Below are positions 19,807 through 29,707 of a DNA stretch of 64,000 nucleotides, in pieces. Where the stretch lies: contig JBHLOC010000007.1 of assembly GCA_048940925.1 (NCBI GenBank), forward strand, positions 1 through 64,000, given 5' to 3'. The first letter of the stretch is position 1; the number at the start of each line of letters is the position of its first letter. The notes under the pieces were generated by a model. That model searched no databases. It was not told the DNA's origin and was given only the letters and a program-made list of their open reading frames with translations. Position numbers and translations under genes: made by a program. The DNA is from Promethearchaeota archaeon. GTDB taxonomy: Archaea; Asgardarchaeota; Lokiarchaeia; Sigyniarchaeales; SOKP01.

Positions 19807-21525
19807 TTATTCTTTAAGTTTTTCCCAAAAGTTTTGAAATTCATTTTTAGTAAAGGTTACCTTTAATTCTAATGGATCAGAAGGCTCTTCTCTGAAAAAA
19901 GAGGGAAGTGCATTCATATCTCGGGTTAAACCTGCGTTTTCATTGAATTTTAGCTCATTCTTTATAATTTGTTTACCAATATTAATAGTATCCTCTCGTG
20001 TTAAATTAGTTCCATACATAGAATTTATAGCACCAGCAATTAGTTCCATATTTTCCCAACTTGGTCCTATGAAATAACAGCAACCCATAGAATCTAAAAC
20101 TGCCGTGTAAATTTGCAATTCATATGATAAATCTAGTTTTCCTTTATTTTCAGTAAGTTCACCATATTCTTTTACTTGACTCGCTACTCTTCCAGCTATA
20201 GCGGCTCCTGCCGTATGATCTGCTCCCATAGGAGATGTAGCATAAGTTACACTCATTGCTTTAAAAACACGTGGATCATAACCTGAAATTCCTTGTCCTT
20301 TAACATGTGGGATTCTTTCAAACCCTATTTCTTTTCCGAGATGATAAACACCATTTCCATAGAGTTTTCCAATTTTAGATCCTTTTTTAATTTCTTCTAA
20401 TATCTCAAACACTTTTTCAGCATTCCCCCAGGGAATTTTTCCAGCATCCATCGCCATACCCATAGTCACACCAAATTCAATTGTATCAATACCATTATTA
20501 TCACATAAATGATCTATTTTGGCAATTTTATCTAGGTCATCAATTAATAATAGAGATCCATTGGCAAATATAGTCTCGTATTCAAGGCTAGAAGTAATAT
20601 GTTTTCCATTCTCATCCACTATTAGGTTGGAGCATTTAATAACACATGTAGGTGAACACGGTAATCTTTTTTTGCCACTTCTTTCTATTACCATTTCATG
20701 AAGTTTCTCTCCCGAGATTTTCTCCGCTTTATCATATGAACCCATTCTAAAATTCTTTGTAGGTAAACCACCATAAATGCTCATTGCTCTAACCATATTT
20801 GGAGTTCCATAAATTGAAAAATTCCTTTTTGACTCTGCTAGATTTTTAGCAAAAGGTTTTGATAAGTCTCTGAATTTCTTAATATCATAGATTTTAATTT
20901 TAGAGCTTCTAGCGGGGAAAACTACAATTGCTTTAATCCTTTTAGAACCCATTACCGCTCCTAAGCCTCCCCGAGCAGCATGACGACTTGGGTATCCTTC
21001 TAAATCATTAGTAGCTATACTAGCAGCTTTCATTAAGTGTTCACCAGCAGGCCCTATCGAATAAATCCCTATTTTATCACCATATTTATCTCTTAATTTT
21101 GAATGAAGTTCATAGTTACCTAAACCTTTGTAAGTTTTTGCTGAATCAATTTTTATACCTACTTGATCTATTAAAAGTATTTTTAATTCAGATGACTTAC
21201 CTTCTAAGAGTAAAGCTCTTATTCCTAAAGATGCTAACATCATAGCAGGGCGTCCTCCAACATTAGCTTCTTTAATCCCTTTAGTCAATGGACTTTTCCC
21301 TCCCACAGAAGTACGTCCTGAACAGGGAAATGGACTTCCCGCTAATAATCCATTAGCTATTATTAATTTATTTTCTGTTCCTAAAGGATCACATAGAGGT
21401 GGAACCTCATCATTTATGATTTGAGAACTTAGCCCTCTAGCACCAAGCAAGTAGTATTTTGAATCTGGATTGACTTCTTCAAATTGAATATCCTCATTCT
21501 CCACATTAACTCTTACGATTTTCAT
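19807..21525 (-). CDS. aor: Aldehyde:ferredoxin oxidoreductase family (W-pterin)
   Basis: 'KSPLT.GIKEAN.GG', 'GRGGLGAVMGSK'-like, 'CSPTCVIKC', 'EYET', 'GIDTIE', 'GADH'. Confidence 0.92.
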   Translation of the reverse strand: MKIVRVNVENEDIQFEEVNPDSKYYLLGARGLSSQIINDEVPPLCDPLGTENKLIIANGLLAGSPFPCSGRTSVGGKSPLTKGIKEANVGGRPAMMLASLGIRALLLEGKSSELKILLIDQVGIKIDSAKTYKGLGNYELHSKLRDKYGDKIGIYSIGPAGEHLMKAASIATNDLEGYPSRHAARGGLGAVMGSKRIKAIVVFPARSSKIKIYDIKKFRDLSKPFAKNLAESKRNFSIYGTPNMVRAMSIYGGLPTKNFRMGSYDKAEKISGEKLHEMVIERSGKKRLPCSPTCVIKCSNLIVDENGKHITSSLEYETIFANGSLLLIDDLDKIAKIDHLCDNNGIDTIEFGVTMGMAMDAGKIPWGNAEKVFEILEEIKKGSKIGKLYGNGVYHLGKEIGFERIPHVKGQGISGYDPRVFKAMSVTYATSPMGADHTAGAAIAGRVASQVKEYGELTENKGKLDLSYELQIYTAVLDSMGCCYFIGPSWENMELIAGAINSMYGTNLTREDTINIGKQIIKNELKFNENAGLTRDMNALPSFFREEPSDPLELKVTFTKNEFQNFWEKLKE

Positions 21526-21786
21526 AGTATAACTATAATAGCTTAAATTATTTTATTTTTTCTCTTATTTCATATATTTATAAATTAAATGAATCTCAAG
21601 ATAGATATAATGCGATAATGAAGTTAGGAAAATATAGTAATCCTTGATAAATTATATTCTTAAGTATATTCTATTTTTATATTAGATTTTTATTAGGAAG
21701 TTTTGTTTTGAATGACCTATTTAAAGAATCAATTTTTTTTATAATTAGCATATTTTCTATCTAAAAATTAAAAGAATGTGTTTTAA

Positions 21787-22065
21787 ATGAAAGATAAATT
21801 CATTGTTATGCATAAAGCGGACAACTGTGCTACTTCTTTAGAAGATATATCAAAAGATACAGAAATCCAAATCAATGAGAAAATTCTTACACTAAATCAT
21901 GATATACCTTTAGGACATAAATTTGCTATATCTAATATCAATAAAGGAGAACTTGTGATTAAATATGGTGAGGTAATTGGCATAGCTACAGAGAATATAA
22001 GCAAAGGTGATTGGATTCATATTCACAATATTAAGAGTCATTATTTAGAGGAGGTTGTCAAATGA
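21787..22065 (+). CDS. SAF-domain small subunit of a UxaA/SuyA-type dehydratase
   Basis: 'DNCAT', 'IPLGHKFA', 'KYGEVIG', 'GDWIHIHN'. Confidence 0.9.
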   Translation: MKDKFIVMHKADNCATSLEDISKDTEIQINEKILTLNHDIPLGHKFAISNINKGELVIKYGEVIGIATENISKGDWIHIHNIKSHYLEEVVK

Positions 22066-23243
22066 TTGAAGAATTTATGGGATATGCAAGAGAAAATGGG
22101 CAAGTAGGAATAAGAAATAAAATAGCTGTGATTTCTTCAGTTGTTTGTGTAAATAAAGTTGCTCAAGATATTGCTGACAATATTGAAAATGCTGTAGCCA
22201 TTACTCATCCATTAGGATGTGGTCAATTTGGTCCAGATTTTTCTGCTACTTTAAGAACACTAGTAGGTTTGGGAAAAAATCCTAATATTTATGGGGTTAT
22301 CGTAGTTGGTTTAGGCTGTGAGAATTTAAATAGTAAACTGATTGCTAACAACATTAAAAGAGCTAAGAAACCGGTAAATTTTTTTAATGTACAAGATATT
22401 GAAGGTGGAACCAGAGGAGCAATTGAAAAAGGTTTGAAGATTGGAAATAAAATGTCAGAAGAAGCAAAAGAATTAAAAAGAGAGCCTTTTGACTTTTCAC
22501 ATTTGATTTTGGGGCTTGAATGTGGTGGTTCTGATTCAATATCAGGAATATCTGCGAATCCGGTTGTGGGTATTATATCTGATAGAGTCGTAGATTTAAG
22601 GGGTATCTCAATTCTCCCAGAATTTACGGAATGGATAGGAACTGAACACTTATTAATTAAGCGAGCTGTTGATAAACAGGTAGTAGATAAGATCAATAAC
22701 ACATTAAAAACATTTTTGGATAACACGATGAATATTGGTATTGATTTCCGAGGCATTCAACCTACACCTGGAAATATTGAAGGTGGATTAACAACTATTG
22801 AAGAGAAATCTCTTGGAACAATTACAAAAGCAGGAAAAGCTCCAATTCAAGGAATATTGGATTATTCCGAAAGCCCAAAGAAAAAAGGATTATGGTTAAT
22901 GATTGAACCTGGTTTAGATGTAGAATCTATGACAGGACTTGCTGCTGCTGGAGCGCAGGTAATTGTTATGACTACAGGTCGTGGAAGTCCTTGTGGTAAT
23001 CCTGTAGCGCCTGTTATAAAGATCTGTGGAAATCCAAAAACTTGCAGATTGATGGCAAATAATATTGATGTAGACGCAAGTAAAATAATTACTGATGGAA
23101 AGGAAGTTGAAGATATTGCAGAAAATTTATGGACAAAGTTAAAAAGCACTTGTAATGGTCAATTAACATTAGCAGAAAAGCTTGGATTTGAAGATCTAGC
23201 TATCTGGAGATGTACAGCAGTACCTTTTCAGATTTTTCACTAA
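22062..23243 (+). CDS. UxaA/GarD/SuyB-family dehydratase/sulfo-lyase large subunit
   Basis: 'GQVGIRN', 'HPLGC', 'GLGCE', 'ECGGSD', 'PTPGNIEGGLTTIEEKSLG', 'TTGRG'; ATGA overlap with the SAF gene. Confidence 0.92.
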   Translation: MIEEFMGYARENGQVGIRNKIAVISSVVCVNKVAQDIADNIENAVAITHPLGCGQFGPDFSATLRTLVGLGKNPNIYGVIVVGLGCENLNSKLIANNIKRAKKPVNFFNVQDIEGGTRGAIEKGLKIGNKMSEEAKELKREPFDFSHLILGLECGGSDSISGISANPVVGIISDRVVDLRGISILPEFTEWIGTEHLLIKRAVDKQVVDKINNTLKTFLDNTMNIGIDFRGIQPTPGNIEGGLTTIEEKSLGTITKAGKAPIQGILDYSESPKKKGLWLMIEPGLDVESMTGLAAAGAQVIVMTTGRGSPCGNPVAPVIKICGNPKTCRLMANNIDVDASKIITDGKEVEDIAENLWTKLKSTCNGQLTLAEKLGFEDLAIWRCTAVPFQIFH

Positions 23244-23479
23244 TCATAATTCTCTAAATCCCGATTTTTTCTTTGCTTTATGATAATTCAAATGAAATCG
23301 ATCTAAATAACACTCAAAATTTATTTATTGAATGATATAAAAAGGATCTTGAAAATTTTGTCCCAATTTTTTTTTATATTCTATAAACACTAAAATTTAA
23401 TAGCAGTGAATTATTTTTAAGAATAGTTCTCTCAGAACTTAAATGTATTTTTAAAAAATCTAAAAAATTGGTAATTTAA

Positions 23480-23725
23480 TTGCATGGAACAGTAAAATGG
23501 TTTAATAGCCGTAAGGGCTATGGATTTATAACCACTGAAGAGGGAAATGATGTATTTGTTCATTTCTCGGCGATTGTTGGGGACGAAAATGAATTTAAAG
23601 CTTTAAATGAAAACGATAAGGTTGAATTCGAAGTTGTAGAAGGTCAGAAAGGTCTACAAGCGAATGATGTTGTTGTAACCGAGAAAGCACCTCAACAATT
23701 TTATTCACATAGTAGTTTCTATTAA
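23480..23725 (+). CDS. csp: Cold-shock domain protein
   Basis: 'GTVKWFN..KGYGFI', 'DVFVHFSAI' (RNP1/RNP2). Confidence 0.95.
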   Translation: MHGTVKWFNSRKGYGFITTEEGNDVFVHFSAIVGDENEFKALNENDKVEFEVVEGQKGLQANDVVVTEKAPQQFYSHSSFY

Positions 23726-23958
23726 TTATATAGAATATAATAAATATTTAAAAAGTAATAAATAAGTATAAGTAGTAAATAATAAGTAGTAAAACTCTTT
23801 TTACAATTATTATCAAAACTTATCATTTTTTTAATAATAAAATTAATTCTATTTAATTTTTGATAAGAGGAATCTTACAGAATATCTTATTTAAGAGATT
23901 TATAAAATATCATAAAAAGATGATAATATTTATTTTTTTTCAAATGTTTCTTATATTT

Positions 23959-24870
23959 ATGGATGAAATCGATCTAAAGATTATCCTACTTTTGTTTAAC
24001 AATTCGAGGTTAACATATAGAGAGATTTCTGATTATTTAGGTTTATCTGTTAATGCAGTATATAAAAGGGTTCAATTCCTCATAGATCTAAGAATTATAG
24101 AAAAATTCGCAGCAAGATTAAAACCTTATGCAATTAATGCTATTTATAGTTTTATTTTTGGACAAAGCAACGCTCAAAATATAGATCAAGCAATATCAAT
24201 TTTAGGAGAACATGATAATACTTGGCAGATAATTTTATCAAGTAGAAATTATATGTACATAGGGGCTATGTTAGAGAATATACATCAGTTAGATGAGTAT
24301 TCATCATTTGTTTCTCAAAATGCTGAAATTCAGACTCCACAAGTTGGACTACTCTCAGGTGTAGCTTATAACATTCCAATTCCCTATATAGTTCCGAAAT
24401 CAAGATCAATGAATTATGACAATCTTGATTTAGATATTATCCGAGCATTACATAATGATTCTCGAAAACCAATATCAGAAGTAGCAGATGAAGTTAAAAG
24501 TACTTCAAATACAATTCGTCGACGCTTAACTAGAATGATTGAAGAAGGTATCATTGAATTATCTATTGATTTTAATCCTGAAGCTTCAAATGATATTTTT
24601 GCCACTTTCCAGATAAATGTAAACCCTTCGGTCGATAAGAATAAGATTGCTCAATTTTTAAATGAAAAATATCATCCCAATCTTTTCTTTTGCTGGACAT
24701 TTAGTAATCTTCCCAATATAATTTTATGTTGGGTTTGGGCTAATACTTTGAAAGAATTAACCGAATTGGTTGAAAATGTAAAATTAGAAAACATTGATTC
24801 TATTATATTTGATATAATGTATAAAGTATATTATTTTGAGACTTGGAAAGAGAAAATCTTATATAAATAA
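23959..24870 (+). CDS. Tandem (double) Lrp/AsnC-family transcription regulator
   Basis: Two HTHs: 'MDEIDLKI..LLFNNSR....EIS..LGLS' and 'LDLDIIRALHNDSRKPISEVA'; start moved to ATG 23959 by similarity to the paralog at 44077. Confidence 0.9.
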   Translation: MDEIDLKIILLLFNNSRLTYREISDYLGLSVNAVYKRVQFLIDLRIIEKFAARLKPYAINAIYSFIFGQSNAQNIDQAISILGEHDNTWQIILSSRNYMYIGAMLENIHQLDEYSSFVSQNAEIQTPQVGLLSGVAYNIPIPYIVPKSRSMNYDNLDLDIIRALHNDSRKPISEVADEVKSTSNTIRRRLTRMIEEGIIELSIDFNPEASNDIFATFQINVNPSVDKNKIAQFLNEKYHPNLFFCWTFSNLPNIILCWVWANTLKELTELVENVKLENIDSIIFDIMYKVYYFETWKEKILYK

Positions 24871-24901
24871 AAAGCTAAGAAAAAAGTAAGGAAGTCAATG
24901 C

Positions 24902-25744
24902 TTATATTACACATAGAAATATCCAAATAGCAACTCTTATAAAATGTATGACATAAGTAATTATTCCAGCAATGAGTACAATCTTTTGAAAATTTATTTT
25001 CTCTTGTAATATTATCTGATTTCCCGATACTTTCCATAGAATTATACTTGCTATTGCTGCACTCCAAGCTATTCCTGATAAGAAAATTTCTAATAAGAGA
25101 AGAAACCAAGAAAAAATCAGATTTATTGTACCAAAACAATCTCCACCTATACACGCAAGGTAGAGTGCTCTAATAAAGAAAAAAATTGGTCCTCCCCCTA
25201 AAAAGATCCATTTAAATCGATTTAAAAGCAAATTAATTATTGGATTTTTAATATTTTTGAGCTGTTCATTAATATCTTTATGAGTATAATTATTATTTAC
25301 TTTTTCAGAGATATTAAGTCCAGTTTGTTCCATAATATCTGAAGTAAATTCTTGTAAAGGACCTTCTTTATGTAGTACTATCCCTGTAATGATTGGATAA
25401 ATAATCTCCATTTTCATTTTCTTTAAGAATCTTGTGATCTGTTTAGCGGCTGATCCCGATAATCGAAAATCTGCTTTAGTTTCAAAGATAAATCCATATT
25501 TATCCTCCATTTTGAGATGTTTAATCTTGTTTAAAAAGGTCTTCATATTTTTTGAAATTCCATGAAAATGAGTTGGACCTCCAATTCCAATAATATCATA
25601 ATTTAACATTTCTTTTATTTCAAAATTTTGGATTGAATTACTGTCTACATAAATACCACCTGCTTCTAATCCACGACTCAATGACATTGCTATTTTTTTC
25701 GTGTTCCCATAAACAGTATCATATAAAATCAGGGCCTTTTTCAT
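24902..25744 (-). CDS. Flavodoxin-like domain fused to 3 C-terminal TM helices
   Basis: 'YDTVYGNTKKIA', 'GIGGPT' flavodoxin motifs; hydrophobic C-terminal third. Confidence 0.8.
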   Translation of the reverse strand: MKKALILYDTVYGNTKKIAMSLSRGLEAGGIYVDSNSIQNFEIKEMLNYDIIGIGGPTHFHGISKNMKTFLNKIKHLKMEDKYGFIFETKADFRLSGSAAKQITRFLKKMKMEIIYPIITGIVLHKEGPLQEFTSDIMEQTGLNISEKVNNNYTHKDINEQLKNIKNPIINLLLNRFKWIFLGGGPIFFFIRALYLACIGGDCFGTINLIFSWFLLLLEIFLSGIAWSAAIASIILWKVSGNQIILQEKINFQKIVLIAGIITYVIHFIRVAIWIFLCVI

Positions 25745-25932
25745 ATCTTTCCTTCACCCTTTAACATTTGAACCATTTCATAATTTTTCCGATAAAAGAC
25801 CTTAGTAAATAAACCATGTTCACGTTGGCAAAAAGGCAAGTTTTTTGTTGAAGAATGATATCTTTCACATTCTACACAATTTCCATGATTCGAACATTTT
25901 GTCTTAGGGCATGGGCAATTAAAACTTATCAT
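25741..25932 (-). CDS. Small Cys/His-rich metal-binding protein (DUF6485-like)
   Basis: CPC..KC..HG.C.EC..YH....PFC; RBS GAGGTGA at 25935-25941; 4-nt overlap with the flavodoxin gene. Confidence 0.7.
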   Translation of the reverse strand: MISFNCPCPKTKCSNHGNCVECERYHSSTKNLPFCQREHGLFTKVFYRKNYEMVQMLKGEGKI

Positions 25933-26041
25933 TATCACCTCATTATATTTTTATTTTATGTATGGAATGTTTCTAGATATAATTCTAAGTTTAATCTTAA
26001 GTGAAAGAATCACATTATTTCATCACTCGTTTTAATAGGAT

Positions 26042-26061
26042 TTTCAACCAAATGGTTGATA
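26042..26061. promoter_or_regulatory. Palindromic operator candidate TTTCAAC-N6-GTTGATA
   Basis: tcaacca-aa-tggttga inverted repeat in a divergent intergenic region; similar site at 42962. Confidence 0.5.
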
Positions 26062-26221
26062 AATGCTCTATTAAATGTGGTATTTGTTATGATATAGGAG
26101 TATTATTTCCTCTCTTTCCGTATTAAATTTGTATACTTTATCCAATCTTCAGTAGACATCAATTTATATGAGGTTGATTTCGTCTAATAAATTAACTCAA
26201 AACCATAATAAGTGATAACTT

Positions 26222-26548
26222 TTGGAAATAAATAAAAAATCAATAAAAAAAATAGTAAAAAGTTTCATAAAATCGTTTATATTGTTATTCTATTTAATAT
26301 TTGTAGGATTCTTAATAATAGGTGGAATTTTAGCTGGAATTATGACTTTAATTCCTGATGAAGCAAGCAAGCCCTGTTATTTAGGTTATTATGCACACTG
26401 TTCATTTGCACCTTATAGTACATTAATCTTATTTGCTATAGCAATAGTAGGAACAATTATGCTAGTAAAATTGATAAAATATCTTAAAAAAAAATATACT
26501 AAAATTATTGAAGCTAAACCAGTATTAAGAACTCAGTTGAGTAATTAA
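26222..26548 (+). CDS. Small 2-TM protein with a Cys-x7-Cys loop
   Basis: TM-'SKPCYLGYYAHCSFAPYST'-TM; TTG start. Confidence 0.7.
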   Translation: MEINKKSIKKIVKSFIKSFILLFYLIFVGFLIIGGILAGIMTLIPDEASKPCYLGYYAHCSFAPYSTLILFAIAIVGTIMLVKLIKYLKKKYTKIIEAKPVLRTQLSN

Positions 26549-26850
26549 AAATACATAATTACTTTTTTTTTTAAAATTCTTACAATTAACTATTATCATC
26601 AATCTTTATATTTAAGGATGAAAAGAAATTTATTATAATTTTTGATAGTATAATAGATAAAAGCAACAAAAATTAGTTAAGTCAGCAAATAACCTAGATC
26701 TATAACAGGATCTCAAAGAGCTAGTAAGATAAAAATTTTTTCAATTTTTTTAATTTATTTCTACTTATTTTATTACTACTTTAACCATTCTAATATATTT
26801 CTTAAAAATAATTTTTCTTGTTTTAATTATTAATTAAACATTTTCAAATT

Positions 26851-26870
26851 CGACAAAAACATTTATATAT
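26851..26870 (+). promoter_or_regulatory. Possible BRE/TATA promoter of tfb
   Basis: purine-rich gacaaaaac followed by tttatata about 110 nt upstream of the ATG; weak evidence in an AT-rich background. Confidence 0.35.
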
Positions 26871-26978
26871 CCAACTATGATCATATTTTTTATATCAACA
26901 TATTATTAAATAACAAATAATATGTGTTTATGACGTTATTTCTTTATTTCTTCTCAATTTAAATACAAGTGATTTACT

Positions 26979-27905
26979 ATGAATGAACAGTATCGATCAT
27001 TGTATAAAAACTCCAAATTAGATGAAAACACAGCATGCCGGTCTAGCTGTTGTGATAATCCATTCATAGAATCTCGAGATGGAAATAAGGTATGTCTCAA
27101 TTGCGGGGTAATATTTGAAAGGACATTTGTTGGAAATGAGAGGAGAGCATATACAGTCGAGGAGATACAGAATCGTAGAAGGACTGAACCTCGTTGGCGG
27201 GATTTCGGACCCAGAACAATGCTTCCAAACACGAAAACTGATAGTAAAGGCAAGTCAATTGGTGCAAAGGAGCAAGCACTTTTTTCTCGTCTTTCTAAAA
27301 TCCAAAATTCCTTAATTTCTAGTATAGAAAGAAATTTCTGGGAAGCAAAACCCAAATTAAAAATGCTTACATCAAAATTAAATATCCCAGAATATATAGC
27401 AGAAACTGCATGGAAAATATATAGCATAGTAGCAAAGAAGAAATTAACAATGGGAAGATCAATTAATGGATTTATTTCAGGTTCATTGTATGCTGCTATA
27501 CGTGTACATGATTTTCCGCGATTATTAGATGAAGTATGTGAAGCATCTTTAACACCAAGGAGAACAGTCCATAGGAGCTTGGCTATGATAATTAGGGAGG
27601 TTTTGCCTGAATTAAAATTAAGATATCAACCAATTACCGCAGAGAGTTTAGTTTTTCGTTTTGGCAATGAGTTAGAATTACCAATTGCAATCCAAAAAAA
27701 TGCAATCAATATGTTAAAAAACGCTTCTAAGAATGGATTGAAAAGGACTGGTAAGGATCCAAAAGGTTTAGCCGCGGCTTGTATATATATCGCAGCTAAG
27801 AAAGGTTCTATTCGAAAAACTCAATCTAAAGTAGCAGATGTCGCTAAAATTACTGAGGTCACCTTACGATCTCGAGCAAAGCAAATAAAAAGTAAATTAT
27901 TATAA
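26979..27905 (+). CDS. tfb: Transcription initiation factor IIB (TFB)
   Basis: Zn ribbon (CC..CLNCG), B-reader 'ERRAY....RRRT', two cyclin repeats 'GRSI', 'GKDPKGLAAACIYIA', 'TQ..VA..A.ITEVTLR'. Confidence 0.95.
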   Translation: MNEQYRSLYKNSKLDENTACRSSCCDNPFIESRDGNKVCLNCGVIFERTFVGNERRAYTVEEIQNRRRTEPRWRDFGPRTMLPNTKTDSKGKSIGAKEQALFSRLSKIQNSLISSIERNFWEAKPKLKMLTSKLNIPEYIAETAWKIYSIVAKKKLTMGRSINGFISGSLYAAIRVHDFPRLLDEVCEASLTPRRTVHRSLAMIIREVLPELKLRYQPITAESLVFRFGNELELPIAIQKNAINMLKNASKNGLKRTGKDPKGLAAACIYIAAKKGSIRKTQSKVADVAKITEVTLRSRAKQIKSKLL

Positions 27906-27931
27906 AAATTATTTTTAAATTTATTATTTCT

Positions 27932-28546
27932 TTATTCTTTTGATGATTTTTCTTCTTCAAGAAGCAAAATCCATTTGACCCCAAGCCCAGTAACAACTAA
28001 ACCCGAGATTAAGATATAACAATTAAAAGAAATGAAATAAATCCAAAACACTGCGGGCATAAATGGAGTTATATCAAAATCATATAATGCAGTTTGAAAT
28101 CTGATTGGTTCTGTTAATGTGGTAATTTTGGTTTTACCCAACAATACTAAATAATCCATTTTAACAAAACCACCTAATAAAATTATCATTCCTAAAACAA
28201 CCATTAATTTTGCGAGTGGGATCGTCTCTATTTTTTTTTCTTGACCAATTTTGAATATTATAAATTCAAAAATTAGATATGTAATAATCGAAATATTTAC
28301 AAATATCCATAATAAAGTTCCTGAAAGTGGTATTATTTTAGCTGAATAAATAAATTCCGCTAAAAATATTGGATTATTATCTATAATGAATTTGGTAAAA
28401 TGTAATGTTACAATAAAAATAATTTCTAAAATTGATAGAAAAATACTTACTAAACCAAATATTTTAAGAAATTTATTAACTTTTTCATAATCCATTAGTT
28501 TATTCACTTCTCTTCTTGAAATTGTAAGACAAATTTTATATTTCAT
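27932..28546 (-). CDS. Hypothetical 4-TM membrane protein
   Basis: Four hydrophobic segments; the true start may be the internal MDYEK. Confidence 0.65.
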   Translation of the reverse strand: MKYKICLTISRREVNKLMDYEKVNKFLKIFGLVSIFLSILEIIFIVTLHFTKFIIDNNPIFLAEFIYSAKIIPLSGTLLWIFVNISIITYLIFEFIIFKIGQEKKIETIPLAKLMVVLGMIILLGGFVKMDYLVLLGKTKITTLTEPIRFQTALYDFDITPFMPAVFWIYFISFNCYILISGLVVTGLGVKWILLLEEEKSSKE

Positions 28547-28653
28547 TAATTTTTTACATATTATTGTTTTTGAAATTTATAAAAATTTTTAATATTATTG
28601 TTTTTAATGAAAATCTAAATTAACATAAATCATAAATAATTATTGATTTTTTA

Positions 28654-29616
28654 TTGACGAATCACGAGAAAAATAATCTGGAAATCTCAACTTGTGAACA
28701 TCGGAATGTAAGACAAGAAGGGGGTCATATAGTTTGCCAAGATTGTGGTCTAATTCTGGAAGAAAAAGCGTTTGGTAAAACAGTACCTCGAACTGAATAC
28801 TATACTGATTCACAGAGGGATTATGAAAGAAGAATAAGGATGAGTGATTCAAAAGCCCTCCAGGATCCTAAAATAAAAGAAAAATATGAAAGAATTAAAA
28901 TCCTCGAGAAGTGGTTCCGAGATTATCAGTCAGATTTTTCAGAGCAAAAAAAAACAATTGATTTACTAAAAAGCCATGGAATGGGATTAAATATTGATAA
29001 TGTAAAATACCAAACAATAAAAGATCGATATCTTAGATTTAACAAATATCATAGACATACTTATCAAAACATGGTTATTATCTTTTTAGCTATTGTTTGG
29101 ATGGAGATTAAGGATACAACAAATATACGCTTAGAAGAGTTTATTGCAGTCTCACGAGAGTTTGGTCATAAGATTAATAAAAAAATGCTGAATAATGCAA
29201 TGTTAAAAATAAAAAAAACAGAGCGAATGTTAAAAGAAAAGAAAAATATTAGGGATTTAGAAAAAGAGATTAAATCTCGAATAAAAATTGTATTTCAAAA
29301 AGATTTAAATAGCATTCCATTTGAAGCTGTTAAAAAATCTATTTTAACTAAACAAGAATATGTAAAATTAAAGATTGAAATGCAACTTTTAGCAGATAAA
29401 CTATTAAATAAAGTTTCATATGAACAAATTCAGAATTTAAATTATAAAGCGTTTGCAGCAGGTTTAATTTATTATATTGGACAAACTCTAGATAATAAAA
29501 AAATATTTACCCAAAATCTTATCGAGAAATATAGTAAATTCTCAAGTACTACAATTAGAAAAAAATACCATACCTTAAAAGAGATTTTGGGTAAACCTGA
29601 AATCTCCAAATTCTAG
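28654..29616 (+). CDS. Divergent TFIIB/cyclin-fold protein with an N-terminal Zn ribbon
   Basis: 'CEH.....GHIVCQDCGLIL' ribbon; C-terminal 'AAGLIYYIG....TQ.......SSTTIRKKY' like the TFB second cyclin repeat/HTH. Confidence 0.7.
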   Translation: MTNHEKNNLEISTCEHRNVRQEGGHIVCQDCGLILEEKAFGKTVPRTEYYTDSQRDYERRIRMSDSKALQDPKIKEKYERIKILEKWFRDYQSDFSEQKKTIDLLKSHGMGLNIDNVKYQTIKDRYLRFNKYHRHTYQNMVIIFLAIVWMEIKDTTNIRLEEFIAVSREFGHKINKKMLNNAMLKIKKTERMLKEKKNIRDLEKEIKSRIKIVFQKDLNSIPFEAVKKSILTKQEYVKLKIEMQLLADKLLNKVSYEQIQNLNYKAFAAGLIYYIGQTLDNKKIFTQNLIEKYSKFSSTTIRKKYHTLKEILGKPEISKF

Positions 29617-29707
29617 TTTTATTTGATATTTTGAGTATTTTGTGTATTTATTAACACTTAAAAAGCTTCGGACCTATATAATAAATTATTAGTATATTTG
29701 CAATTCA

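Noticed and set aside
23745-23795. Short repeats (ataagtagtaaa x2) after csp
   Set aside because: Low-complexity AT-rich sequence without spacers; not a CRISPR array
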